Assembly (NCBI RefSeq): GCF_000372725.1
Contig: NW_005201231.1
Coordinates: 182,679 to 246,678 of the forward strand
DNA length: 64,000 nucleotides
Direction of reading: 5' to 3'
Origin: Emiliania huxleyi CCMP1516
Lineage: Eukaryota
The notes beneath the pieces were generated by a model that was given only the letters and a program-made list of their open reading frames with translations, did not search any database and had not been told where the DNA came from. The number at the start of each line of letters is the position of its first letter. The stretch's first letter is position 1. Below, in pieces: positions 23,540 through 35,823 of this stretch. The position numbers were made by a program, and so were the translations under genes.

Positions 23540-24280
23540 AACCTCTTCCCAAGAGCACCACTCTTGGAGCGCCGCCACTACCACCCAGAGCGCTGCAAGC
23601 AGCGCCGGGCAATGACGGCTTACCGCCCACCCAGCCCCCCCTCGGCACACCCCGGCAGCCAATGTGTGACGGTTCGAACCCGCTAAGCCATCCCGCAAGC
23701 GGGATGGCCCGCCACTCGAACCCGCAAGCGGGCGTACGAACCGCGAGCGGCTCGCACTCGTGACACGCAGGCGTCCGACAGACGGCGCCGGGGCTAGGCG
23801 ACCGAAGAGGAACTACGGCAAGAACCGCACACCACCCGCTGACGAGCCAGGGGCGTGCGCGAGACAGGGCTCGAAGCCCTTTTCTGTGAGCAGGGATTCC
23901 CTCCCGGCGGGGGTTGTGGCGGAGAGCCGGCATGGGAATCGCCGGCCCCCACCCAGGGGGTGCCCCTGCCAGGCGCCGCAAGCGGTGCCCGACAGGGGCG
24001 GGTGCCCCCACCCCGAGGGGTGGGGGCGGGGTCGGGGTCCAAAGTGATCCGGCCCATCGCCTCGGGGGGGTGGGGGGGGCAAAAAGGAATCTCTTCCCAA
24101 GAGCACCACTCTTGGAGCGCCGCCACCACGACGGCTCTGCGACGGCTCGAACCCGCTAAGCCATCCCGCAAGCGGGATGGCCCGCCACTCGAACCCGCAA
24201 GCGGGCGTACGAACCGCGAGCGGCTCGCACTCGTGGCACGCAGGCGTCGAGAGACGGCGCCGGGGCTAGGCGACCGAAGA
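23540..24280. repeat. Hairpin-dense region with an internal direct repeat (~23670-23810 / ~24145-24280)
   Basis: Perfect stems GCCATCCCGCAAGCGGGATGGC (23687, 24160) and GCCCCCACCCCGAGGGGTGGGGGC (24004), plus CCAAGAGCACCACTCTTGG twice. Confidence 0.8.
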
Positions 24281-24851
24281 GAAACATCGCAGCCTGCTGA
24301 ACGCGATCGCACATTTGCTACTGATCCAAAAGACCGTGAGCGGGGACGAGACCGCCGCTCTCGTTCACGAAGAGACATCGTGAGCGTCGACGAGAGAGGA
24401 AGCATGTCCGCCCTCTGAGGCGGCAGTCCGAGTCGAGGAGGCACGCGCCCGACCATCCTCGCGGGTGTGGGTGGCCTTCTCGGCCCGCTATACTAACCCT
24501 AAAGCCGTAAGTCGGCCCTTCCTCGTGGCCAGCTTCGGAGGCCCCGGCCACTACGGTCGCGCAATAAATAACAAAAAAACGTCCCATAAGCTCGGGTGCT
24601 CTCAATCGTGGTCAGTACAACGACAATGGCAGTGAAGTACCAAGAGACACCTTCTCCGCCGACAGTCAAACAGTTCCCTCGAGGTCTCACAGGACCCAAC
24701 ACAGCAGGTTGCAGAGGCGCGCGGGCCTCGCCCCGACCCCTCGCCCGTTCGCGTCGGCGACGGGAGAGGAAAGGAGAGGCGGCCGAGCAGGGGGCCGACG
24801 AATGCTCCACACACTTCAGTCCGCTCACGCCGACGGGCGGCGGCAATTAAG

Positions 24852-27800
24852 TCACATCCGCGGCCGCACGTCGATCACCTCGTACGCGAGCCCCCCCTCG
24901 ACCGTCACCGTCTCGACGTCGCCCGTCGGCTCCAGGTACGTCAGCGGCGGGAAGAGGAACTCCGCCTCGCCGGGAAAGGCGGAGAGGAAGCAGATGTCGG
25001 GGCCGCGTTGCATGAAGGACTCGGTAATAAGTCGCAGCAGCACCGACGTGCTGCTCGCCGAGTAGCGCATCGCCACGCTGAGGTCGGACGTGGTCGACAT
25101 GGGCGCCAGCTCGGTGCCACCTTGCGCCATAAAATCAGCCGGCGCCGTCACGTCTTTCATGCCGCGGTAGAGATAGACGCGGCGCATCGCCGTCTTGCCC
25201 GAGTTCTGATCCGCCTCCACCGCCCGCAGCTTGCCGAGGGCGTCGCGAAGCAGCGCCACCGTGACCGGCAGCTGGTGCGGCTCGCCGCGCTCGAATCGCG
25301 CCTTGTCACGGAGCGGGTTGTTGATCGAGCGGAACGCCTGCGGTCAGGGAGAAGGTGAGAGGGCAAGAAAGGATCGAGATCGCGGGAGAGGGAGAAGGGG
25401 GTGCCTGCGTTGTGTAGAGGCGAAGTGCGACCACGTGCGCCTCGGTCAGGTTCGCGTGCCGCGCGCTCGCGTGGGAGACAAAGTCCTCCAGCCGCATCCC
25501 ACGCATTTTGCCGTTGCCGTCAGTCACGGTGCGGCACGCCATCACCCTGCCGCGCTCGTCGCAGTCGCGCTTCAGCCCGCCTTGATAGGTGCGGTCGCTC
25601 GAGCCCGCCTCGGCGTGCAGGATGTAGCTTAGGCACTCGCGGTCGTCGTCAGTTCCGCCGGCGCTCACCTCCCGCACGATGGCGGCGGTGCCCTCGAGCA
25701 GCCCCTGCGGAACAACTTCTGGCGCCACGCACATATAGTGCTCGATCCCCAGTGCCGCCTGTGCCGGCCGGCCAAACACGAGCTCGCTCGGCAAGGTGGC
25801 GAAGCGGTTCTCTTTGGTGGCTGCAGAGGCGATGAGTATCGTCTCGAGGCCACCGTCGAGTGAAGCGACGGCCTCGAGCATCATGTCGCGGAGCGACGGC
25901 CTCTCCACTGGTGCTTCGCCATGCGGGGTCTTGCGGCAGCTGTGGCCGCGGCGCAACAGCACAAACAAGATCACGACGAGTAGGACGATGGCTCCCGCGG
26001 CGACGCCCCCCGCGATGGCGCCGACGGGCGCGCTTGCCTCGCCGCCGGTTGTTTGGCCTTGTGCACTCTCCCACTCTCTCAGACAGACGTCCCGGTTTGG
26101 AGCTCCGCAGCACGGGGCCGTAGGTTCGCAGACGGTGATCGTCGGTGGGCCGCATGCGAGGTCTGCAGCGGAAGTTGTCTCCTCCTCAATCATGTGGATC
26201 ACGCCCTCGCCGACAAGCCCTGTGGGAGCAGATATGATGAGAGTGAGGTCCAGGTTAGTCGCGGCATCGCAGTCATCCGAAAGCCTCCGCCCAGAGACTG
26301 CTGCTGCGAGGTTGCAAGCTGGCGTGGGCGGTGATGGCGCTTCGTGAAGCGGCGGGAACGCGAGGGCCGGGACACAATCGCCAGTAGCGAGGTTGCTCTC
26401 AACCTCGATCTCGCGGCAGGTTTGTGCTCCGACCTGGGTCAGGTTCACGAGCAGCGAAGCACGCTCCTCGTCGCATAGGCCGTAGTAGTCCTCGACGGAG
26501 ACGGTGAGCAAAAAGGAGGCGTCGATGACCACGGGGAGGTCCGCTGGTAGCGAAGGCGGGCTCGGCGGTGGCGGTGTGTGAGGCGGTGGAGACGGCGGCG
26601 GCAGCGAGGGCGGCGGAGAAGGCGGGGGCGGCGAGGGCGGCGGAGAAGGCGGGGGCGGCGGAGAAGGCGGAGGCGGTGAGGGCGGAGGCGGCGACGGTGG
26701 CAGGGACGGCGGCGACGGCAGGGACGGCGGCGGCAGGGACGGCGGCTGCGCAGCCCAGCACACCTGGAATAGGGAGGGGGGGGGGGGGGGGGGACCGGGG
26801 TTGGGTGAGCGCGAGAGCTCAGGAGGGCAGTGTGCAGGGAGCAAGAGAGAGAAAGGAGCGCGCGCCTTCCAGCCAGACATGGTGACTTCCCCGTCAGAGA
26901 CCCACGTCATGGTCCCATTCGACGGCACGACCCCGGCCGGGCCCGAGGTGCCGCAGTACCTCACGCCGTTGACGAGGAGGTGGGCGTAGGGGCAGTTCGC
27001 GCCGGACTCGCAGCCGCAGCAGCCGTCGTCGGGGCAGTCCACGTCAAAGGCGATCACGTCCAGCCCGGCCTGCGGCAAGCCGTATAGGGTGCAGCCCTCG
27101 TCGATCGGGTAGTCGTTCGGGAAGTCGGGCGAGGTGGCGCACGAGCCGCCGTCGGTGATCAAACACGGGCCGGTGGTGCAGACGTCGCCGAACGGGCATG
27201 GCGGTAGGGACGGCGGCGGCGGCAGGGACGGCGGCGGCGGCAGGGACGGCGGCGACGGCGGCAGGGACGGCGGCGGCGGCAGGGACGGCGGCGACGGCGG
27301 CAAGGACGGCGGCGGCGGCAGGGACGGCGGCGACGGCGGCTGCGGAGCCCAGCACACCTGGAATAGGGAGGGGGGGGAGGGGGGGGGCACAGGGGGACCG
27401 GGGTTGGGTGAGCGCGAGAGCTCAGGAGGGCAGTGTGCAGGGAGCAAGAGAGAGAAAGGAGCGCGCGCCTTCCAGCCTGACTCGGTGACTATCTCGTCAG
27501 AGACCCACGTGATGTTGCCATCCGACGGCACGACCCCGGCCGGGCCCGAGGTGCCGCAGTAGCTGACGCCGTTGACGATGAGGTAGTCGTAGGGGCAGTA
27601 CCCCTCATACGTCAACCCCCCAAACTCCACGTCAAAGGCGATCACGTCCAGCCCGGCCTGCGGCAGGCCGTAGATGATGCAGCCCTCGTTGACCGGGTAG
27701 TCGTTCGGGAAGTCGGGCGAGGTGGCGCACGAGCCGCCGTCGGTGATCAAGCACGGGCCGCTGGTGCAGACGTCGCCGAACGGGCATGCCGGTAGGGACG

Positions 27801-28431
27801 GCGGCGCGATTAGTGGGGGCGCGATCGGGGGTGCGGACGGTGGCGCCGCTTGTGAGCCACTCGCGTCCTGCAGGAAGATGAGCACAATGCAAACTCGGAG
27901 AGCACGCGAACAGGCGAGCAAATGCACGGAGCCAGCTGCATGGCTGCGGCCCTCCACCCTCTTCTTCTTCACCTGCAGCCTGCGCACCAGCCCGCGGCAC
28001 GCCGCGAGCAGCGCTAGCACGGCTGCACAAGGATGGAGAAAGAGCAGAGAGGCCGCAGAGAGGGCCGTGACGGTCGTGAAGCTCGCCTCAGGTGAGGGGT
28101 CGCCGATCTTGGTCGCGCCGGAAGTCTCGACAAAGGAGGCGAGCTCGGCGTAGGCGCCGCTGAGCTTGGAGGTCGTCGGGACGGACGTGACGGCGGTGAG
28201 AGCGGGTCCGCCCTCACTTATGTCCGCCGCGGAAAAGTAGCCGGAGCACTTGCCACTTGTCCACACGGGGTCGAGGTCGTCATCGACAGTATTTGTACGG
28301 AGCAGCTGATTGTCGTGATGAATAGCCTTGCGGAACGGGTCGCCCGCCAACGTGCCGTACCTGCTGTTGTTGCAGACGGCCACGCCTCCATTCGGCAGCA
28401 GAAAGAGGAGTTGCATCGCGAGGATTTGCAT
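24852..28431 (-). CDS. Single-pass receptor-like protein: signal peptide, two CUB-like repeats, Pro-rich stalk, TM helix, cytoplasmic R-S-E mono-ADP-ribosyltransferase
   Basis: ATG 28431; ATSPDFPNDYP..CPYDYLIVNGVSYCG..WVSD..SGWK twice; TM GAIAGGVAAGAIVLLVVILFVLLRR. A GC-AG intron 25338-25404 joins LRLYTTQ|AFRSINNPLR; then LYRGM, PMSTT and FPGEAEFLFPP. Confidence 0.82.
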
Positions 28432-29598
28432 CGCGCGTCGGGTCGCCGCGGTTGGGCGGGCAGTGAGGGAGGCCTTGCGATGCGACATGGATGTCATGGA
28501 GGCGATTGCCTTTGATTGGGGATTTTACGGGCAATCCGCCGTGATTTTTTTCTTCGCGTTTGACTCGCATGTGGAGCTTTGGCGGCGGTCTCGGGCACGG
28601 ACGGCGCGCGTCGGTTGCGCAAGGCGTTACTCTCGAACTCAAACCCACCAACAGCGCCACCCTACAACGCAGGCAGTCCGCCACGCGCCCGATGTAGAGC
28701 TCTACATCTCTACATTGCTCAAACAGCGCTCCAGAGCGCTCGATCAGAGGAGTACGAAAAAACGAGAGGAAGGCGGAGGTTTCTGTCTGGCCAAACGATC
28801 CAACGCGGTGCCGGTGGCCCATACTGAATGAATGGGCGCGACCTCCAGTCGAGGTGGCAGCCGTCCGTCTGTGCACATTGTCTCGTCAAGACGGTACCCG
28901 GCATCTAACTCATTGAAATACGAGACACCAATGTCGGCCGGGGCCAAGACTGGCGGCATCATCTGCTTGGCGCCATGCTCATTATGATACAGGTCCGCGC
29001 TTTGTGGTTTCACAACGCGTTTGGTCCTCGCTCTGGTACGGCTCACCAGATGCGACAGGAGGGCTAAAATCCGGAATATAGATTGCCAAGAGGGTGCTCT
29101 AGGCCGCGAAGACACCACACACGGTCTCCCTACTCATGCGCGGCTAGCAGGAGGGTGCCAAAAATGAGGCGCGTTTGTGAACCCGCAGCTGGCCCCGCCG
29201 ACGGGTAGCACAGGTCATGAGTGAGGCCACGCCAGCTGCCTCGGGTGCTCCGTGTGGTCGGCCTGGACCGTGCCGCAAGCCTCGAGCAGCGGAGAAGCGC
29301 TGTCCTTCCTTGAAGTCCAGACATGCTTCGCCGCCGTGGCGCAGCGCCGCAGTGCGAGCGAGCACTGCACTGCAGTGCTCGCTTGCAGTGCGGCACCCAT
29401 TCGACTCCCTGCGCTCCGGGCACATTGTCAAATGTGCCGGCGGCCTTGTGGACGGCTCGGGCACGATTTGCACGACGGCGCGGCCGGGATTTGCACGATT
29501 TGTGAAAACGAGTGTTGCGAACCGAAGCCGCCTGGTACGCTGTGACGCGCCCGCCGAGTCAGCGGCCAGCCCGGCCCGGCCGGGGCCCCCTTTCTAAG

Positions 29599-31293
29599 AT
29601 GCCGAAACTGCACGAAAACGGGCCCAAGATTGATGTCAGCGGTCTCGCCGCCCCTCTGCTTCGTGGTGAAAGCAGCGACACGCCGCCGCTGTCGCCGTTG
29701 CCGCTGTCGTCTGGCGAGGAGCGGCTGGCGATGCGGTGCGCTGTTGCCATTGTCTTCACGACCACATTCCTCTGGGGAATCGTCCCGGGCGACGCCGTAA
29801 TGCGATCGCTGGTCGTGTGTGGTGCGCCATCTCTAACGCCGCACGACTCGCCAGCTTGGAGCGGCTCAGATCGATGCGGAGATCAGAAGCTGGTGCTGGC
29901 GACAACCGCGCGACTTGGCGGCGACTTGGGCACGATCAGCAACCTGGGCCACCTGGTGGGAGGACCGATTATCGCCGCTGTTGCTGACACTAGCAGCCGC
30001 ACTCGTGCCATTGCAATCTCTGTCGCGCTCGTAGTGTCGTCAAAGTGCCTGTTTGCAGTCGTCTATGTCGTCTCGGGCCGCCTCGCGGCTGGCCACGCGC
30101 CCGCCGGAAGCGGCGACATCGCCTTCCTCGCCATCCCGTTCCCTATACTCGTGCTCTGTGGGGTGCAAACCTCCTCCTGGCGGGCTCTCGACCGTCTTGT
30201 CCGTTCCAACAGCGGCGCTAGCCTGAGTAGGTGCTCTCCAGTCTCAGCTCCTTTAGCGCGCCTCTCAACGCGTGTCCTCTTGCCGCTGCGCTCGTGACGA
30301 GCGAGGACGGCTCTTCTAGCCCAGGAACTTTACAAGTAGGCGCTCATTGGCGACGTGACCCCCACCGCTTCACGCGGCGCTGTCTTTGCCCGGCTGACCG
30401 TCTGCCACGGGGTTGCGGCCGGCGTGTCCCAGGTGCTGCACCTGCTGCTTCTCCGGCTCTACCTCACAGACTACACTCCCATCATCGTGGCGGTCGCACT
30501 CCTGTCGCCGTTGCCCGCTGTGCCGCTTCTCGTTCTGATGCGGCGGGCGCGCTTACCTGCCCGCAAGGTATTGTGCGAGGCGCCAACACCGCCAGCGACT
30601 GGCAAGGCAGCTGAGAGCGCAGAGGCAGCTGGGAGCGCAGAGGAGCGGGGCCCCAGGGCAGCAGTGCGGCTGCTCTTGCGTGAGCGCCGGCTGTTGTGCG
30701 CTTGCGTGAGCACATTCGTCTTCATCTTTGGCGTCCACGGCGGCGGCAGCTTGATGAACTCGCTCACGCTAGCGCTCGGCTGGCGGCAGGGGGACCTGTA
30801 CACGCTGCACCTCGTCATCACGCTGCCCACCAGCTTGACGTGCATCACGCTCGCGAGCCGATTTATTTTCCCGCGCATCGGAACGGCGGCGGCTGTCATC
30901 CACGGCATCGCGTGCTTGCTGCTGATGTGCTTGGGATTCGGCGTCGCTCCTTGGCTCGGCGCCGGCGCCATAGGGCTCAGCCTCTTCCTCATCGGCTGCG
31001 CCGCTCCCGGCGTCCCCGCCCTGCTGGCGGTCCTCACCGAGCAGGCGCCGCCACGGCAGCTTGCCATGGCGCAGGCCTGCCTCTCGGTCGTTGCGACCCT
31101 CGCCATCGGGATCTCCACGTCTGTGTTTGGGCACCTCTTTGACCCGAGCACCCCGGAGAGCGCCGCCCGGCCGTATGCGCTCAGCCTGGTGCTGGGCACT
31201 CTCGGGGCCTGCCCGCTGCTCGCGCTGCTCGTGCCAATCGCGCGCGAGCAGCTCCGCGCGCTGCGAGTGGGGGAGGGAGCAGGCTCGGAGTGA
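29599..31293 (+). CDS. MFS transporter (intron at ~30160-30340)
   Basis: About 11-12 hydrophobic helices; GGPIIAAVADTSSR motif-A-like segment; C-terminal PALLAVLTEQAPPRQLAMAQ. Confidence 0.7.
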
Positions 31294-32605
31294 GAGCCAG
31301 TCGCGCGTAAGAGCTAAGAGTCAGAAACGGGTCCACGCGGCGCACCATCTCGACCGAGAGAGAGAGGTGTACACAGGTGGCCCTCAGGGGCTCCCAGCTC
31401 GCTCGCGCGGCGAGAGCGCTACTCTATCTAGCCTGACTCTCTGCGGACTTGGCGGTCGGGGCGCGGTCTCGACTGTCGGTCTCGACTGACTGGGTCCAGC
31501 CCTGGGTGGCGCAAGATCTGACGTTCTGTGACAATCGTCAGATCCGTGTTTTTCTCGTTGTTTTGTCGCTCGCTCCGCTCGCCACCTCACGCTCCGTAGT
31601 CCGGCCATGGCCAGTACCCCGCGTCTCAGTGAGACGCGTGGTACCATCCAACTCCGGTCGAAGGGCTCGAATGCGCTCAGCCTCAGGAGGAACAAAAGGT
31701 CCACGCAAATTCTGCACGCCTCGCTGCGCCGCTGGCTTGACTGAATCAGGCAGCAGGCTGCTGCTGCTGCTGCCACAGCAGCAGTCTGCTGCGGCCCTAA
31801 TACGCAAGTTAATGACTAGCAGCACTGCCGGGGGCATTCGAGCCGCCACAGCCGGTGTGCGGCCGTGCACTGCCACCTGCCTGCGGCTACGCACAATGTG
31901 CGCTCGCATTGGATGAGCCCTGCTGATGGACCTGCGTCGCCTAGCTGCACGAGAGCAATGCCGCAGGCGGTGGCCGTGGCATACACTGCGAGCACACTCG
32001 GTGCAGCTGCGAGGTGCAGCAAGAGCACGTCGTTCCTGCCTCTGATGCCACTCTCGCGGCTTGTAGCGCGTCACTCGCGCATGCTCTCCAGGAGCTATGG
32101 CGGGCGCGTGTGTGGGGCTGTAGCCTGTGTTTGGCCGGTTCTGACCCGTTTACTATCAGTATCATGCCCGGGCCACAAAAAATCGCACACGGGTAGCGGC
32201 TCAGGGGCCCAGTAAGTCGCGGAATCGCCAAATGTCACAAAACCTGCGCCACCCAGGGCTGGACCTAGTCGACTCTCTGTCCTCTCTCTTTTGACTGCAG
32301 TCTCGACTCTCTGTCTCTCCTCTCTCGTACGAGGGAAAACAGAAATCTCGAAAAAAGGAACACACGCACCACGACCAGCAGGCAGCACCACGCGACACCT
32401 GTGCGCATCACGGTCATCGACACTTGGTCACACTGAACACCACCACAGTACAGATAGGAGATCGGACCCCACGTAACATGGACCCGGGACCCAGAAATCG
32501 GAAGCCGCGCAGACCGAGTCCCCGGCACTGCGCAGCCGACGTGCCCCCTCTCTCGGAGCGTGTCGAGCCCTTCGCCACGACACGGTAACTCGAGCTGTGC
32601 CCCCT

Positions 32606-35142
32606 CTAAGCAGGGTCAACCCGCGGGTTGACCCTGCCGCCGGGCGTGCGCTGGATTGCAACCTCGGCAGCGATGTACCCGACGATCGCTACGGCGGCGC
32701 AGGTGCCGGCGGCATACGCCATCGCGTGGCGGCCGAGCGAGGGGAAGGTGAAGTACGCGACGGCGGAGGCGGCGCCGTTGGCGAGGACGATGTTTGAGAA
32801 GGCGGCGGGCGAGTCGGCAGGCCCGAAGGTGTCTGCGTAGAGCGCCTTGTTGACCCCCTCGTACCCGGCGCGGCCGGCGCCTTGCAGCAGGTAGAAGGGC
32901 AGGACGGTCACGAAGGCGGGCGCGGCGAGGCCGTCGCTCGTTGCGAGGACGAGGGCGGCGAGGGCAGCGAACGAGAGCAGCGCGGCCAGCAGGACAGCGG
33001 GGCGGCCGACACGCTTTGCGGCGGCGCGCGAGACGGGCTGCGGGGGGGGGGGGGGGCGGCCTGGGCTAAAAAACCTTCTAAATGCCGCCGGGGGGAGTGT
33101 GGGAGACCCCCCCCCTGCAAAAAAAAAGCGGCGGCGGTTTAAGGCCCGCCCCCAAGAAAAAAAGGAGTTCCCTCAAATACCCCCCTTTTCTAAGAAGAGG
33201 CCCGCGGGCTTTTTTTACCACTTTTCCATCTCGGGTGAACAGGGGTAAAAAAAGAGGGNNNNNNNNNNNNNNNNNNNNNNNNNNNNNNNNNNNNNNNNNN
33301 NNNNNNNNNNNNNNNNNNNNNNNNNNNNNNNNNNNNNNNNNNNNNNNNNNNNNNNNNNCCAAATTACCCATTTAATTTTATGATGGGGGGGGGGGGGGGA
33401 GGCACGCCCTGGAGAAAGAGGCGGGCGGTGGTAGAGGCGGCAGCCGAGGAGAGAGGAGGCAGGCAGAGGCCCTGGGTCGAGGGAGGCCCGGCGGCGCTGC
33501 ACACCTGCAGCAGCGCGGCGACGGCGGAGACGAGGGCGGAGCAGAGCGAGCCGGCGAGGACAGCGTCGGCGCCAAAGGCCTGGCGGACGCGCGTCAGCGT
33601 GTGAGGAACGATTGGGGCTTGGGGTCGGGGCTGGGGCTTGGGGTAGGCAAAGGCCTAGTAGACGAGCCTCATGGCGTGAGGACAGGCTGGGGGGGTTTAG
33701 GGTTAGGGGTAGGCTAGGGTGAGGCGAAGGCCTGCTTGACGAGCTTACCCGTCACCTCCCCATATCTCCCCACATCTCCCCACATCTCCCCATATCTCGA
33801 GCCTGCTTGACGAGCTTGCCCGTCACCTCGTAGCCGAGGAGCGCAGCGGAGACGCCAAAGGCGGCCTGTGCAGCGAGGGAGGAGGGAGGAGGAGGGCGGG
33901 AGTGTCTCAGCGGGTGTGAGAGAGGGCGTGAGAGCGGGGGACACGGCGGCGCGGCGGTGCGTGGCGCGCCAAGGAAGGGCGTGCCAGGGGAGGGGAGAGG
34001 GAAGTGGCGCCGGGCCGAGGGAAGTGGCGGGCCGGGGGGAAGTGGCGGGGTCCGGCCGCCTGCGTCGGAGCGAGCAGCAGCACGACAGGCCTGCGCGCCC
34101 ACAACTCGCACACGGCGCCTACCACACCGCCCACGGGACCGAACCCTCACTAGGATTCGAGACTCTGGAGGTATGGGACAACAGCCCGCACACGGCACCG
34201 ATGCGCGAGAAGAAGCGCGACGGGACGGCGACGGTGGTGGTGCGGTTCGCGGCGGCGGCGGCGTCGTCAGCGGCGGCGGCGGCGGCCGCCGCTGCCGTAT
34301 CGCGCGGCGCCTCTGCATCCTCCGGCTTCGCGGCATCGGAGAGGTCGCTGACGCGGGTGAGTCCTGCCGCGGAGGGAGGAGGGGGAGGGTGCCTCGGAGG
34401 TGTCCGGGAGGCGTCTTGGGGGCGTCTTGGGGGCGTCGTGGAGGCGTCTTGGAGGCGTCTGTCTCGGAAGTGGCTTGGCGCCTGCGGCGGCGGATAGGGC
34501 GAGCAGCGAGTAGAGGGCGCCGATGAGGAGGTTGGAGGAGGAGACGTCGTGGCCGAGGACGTGCACCATCTTGTGCGAGAGCGGCAGCAGCCCGATCGGC
34601 AGCGCCTTGAGGCACAGCTCGAGCGAGAGGAACGTCGACGCGAACGCGGACGCCAGCTCTGCATTTGCCTCCGCAGGCTCGATGTCCATCTGCAACGCGT
34701 GCCTCCGCGCAGAGAGAGCAAAGTAGGTGCCCTGCGCCGCCCAGAGGAAGCCGGCCGCGAAGCCCCCTACCGTCCCGCCGCACAGCGCGAGCGCGACGCG
34801 CGCGCCGCGCGCCTCGGGCGGCAGCATCAGCGCGAGCGGAAGCGAGAGCACGTAGAGCGAGTACAGCCCCGCCGCGACGACGAGCGACCAGCGCGGGCCG
34901 AGCGCCTCGTTGAGCGCGGAGGAGAACATGAGCGCCGTCAGCGCGTACGTGATGTAGAGCGCGCCAGACTGGTACGAGCCCGCGTCGCCGAGAAGCTGCA
35001 CGCTGATGTTGAGCACGGCCGCGACGGTTCCGTGGTTGATGGAGAAGAGCACGGCCATCTTGAGAAAGTTGCGGTACGCGGAGCGGTCGCGTTGAGGCCG
35101 CAGGGGCTGGCTGAGGCCGGAAGGCTCGTCGGTGCGCATCAT
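32606..35142 (-). CDS. UNC-93-like MFS membrane protein, multi-exon, spans the assembly gap
   Basis: NFLKMAVLFSINHGTVAAVL..GSYQSGALYITY..GFAAGFLWAAQGTYF; C-terminal FYLLQGAGRAGYEGVNKALYAD. Confidence 0.8.
33259..33358. other. Assembly gap (100 N) with low-quality read ends on both sides
   Basis: N run flanked by homopolymer-rich noisy sequence. Confidence 0.98.
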
Positions 35143-35262
35143 AGGGCGAGAACGACGTGGACTGCTGAAGCTCTGAAAGGAGGTGGCGCTGCCTGGACGG
35201 AGCGAGCGAAGCAGGGCCAGGAAAGTTCGTGCATGCTCTTTCTTTTTCTTGTGAGCCGGTGT

Positions 35263-35330
35263 CACCCATACGCGTTGGTGTCCAGTCCGAGCCTGGCTGT
35301 TCTTCACCTTTCTACCTACCTACCTACCTA
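35263..35330 (+). mobile_element. Short retroposed element (CACCCATACGCGTTGGTGTCC core, (CCTA)n tail) with 7-bp TSD CCGGTGT
   Basis: TSD at 35256-35262 and 35331-35337; core shared with copies at ~41054-41150, 53301-53414 and ~63301-63390. Confidence 0.75.
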
Positions 35331-35823
35331 CCGGTGTGTGTGCCAGTCCGCGCCAGTCCGCGCCCTTGTCGTGCCAGTGTGCTGTGAGAGAGGCTTGTAT
35401 CTTAAGAATTCTTTTTCTTGAGCCTAGAGCCCCATCACCCACCACAAAAGCAGTCACACCACTCCCACTCCGGCGCCCACCCCACCACCCCCCCCGACAT
35501 CCCCACCCCACAACCCCGCCCCACCCCGACCCGAGCAACCCTGCTCAAAAGGAATTGTACAAGAAAACTCCCTCGCACAACACTGGGCACAGATGAATAG
35601 ATAGTGCCAGAGAGCGAGGGAGGGAGCACAAATAGGACGCCCAGCCTGACGGAGACGCGCTGACCAACCGTACTAAGCCGACAGAGGAAGGGGGCTCCGA
35701 AAGGCCGCGCATGCCCTCGCATGCCGGGCGAATAGGCAGGTCACAGACCTCCCCCTTCCCGATAAACGTGGTTCATGGTGGGCGTTCTGTTCACAACGCT
35801 ACTTACTTGTAACCAAAAAAGAA

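Noticed and set aside
33040..33420. ORFs and odd composition around the N gap
   Set aside because: Low-quality read ends; homopolymer noise.
33612..33722. Telomere-like TTAGGG/TTGGGG repeats
   Set aside because: Only a few degenerate units inside an intron; not a telomere or a convincing fusion scar.
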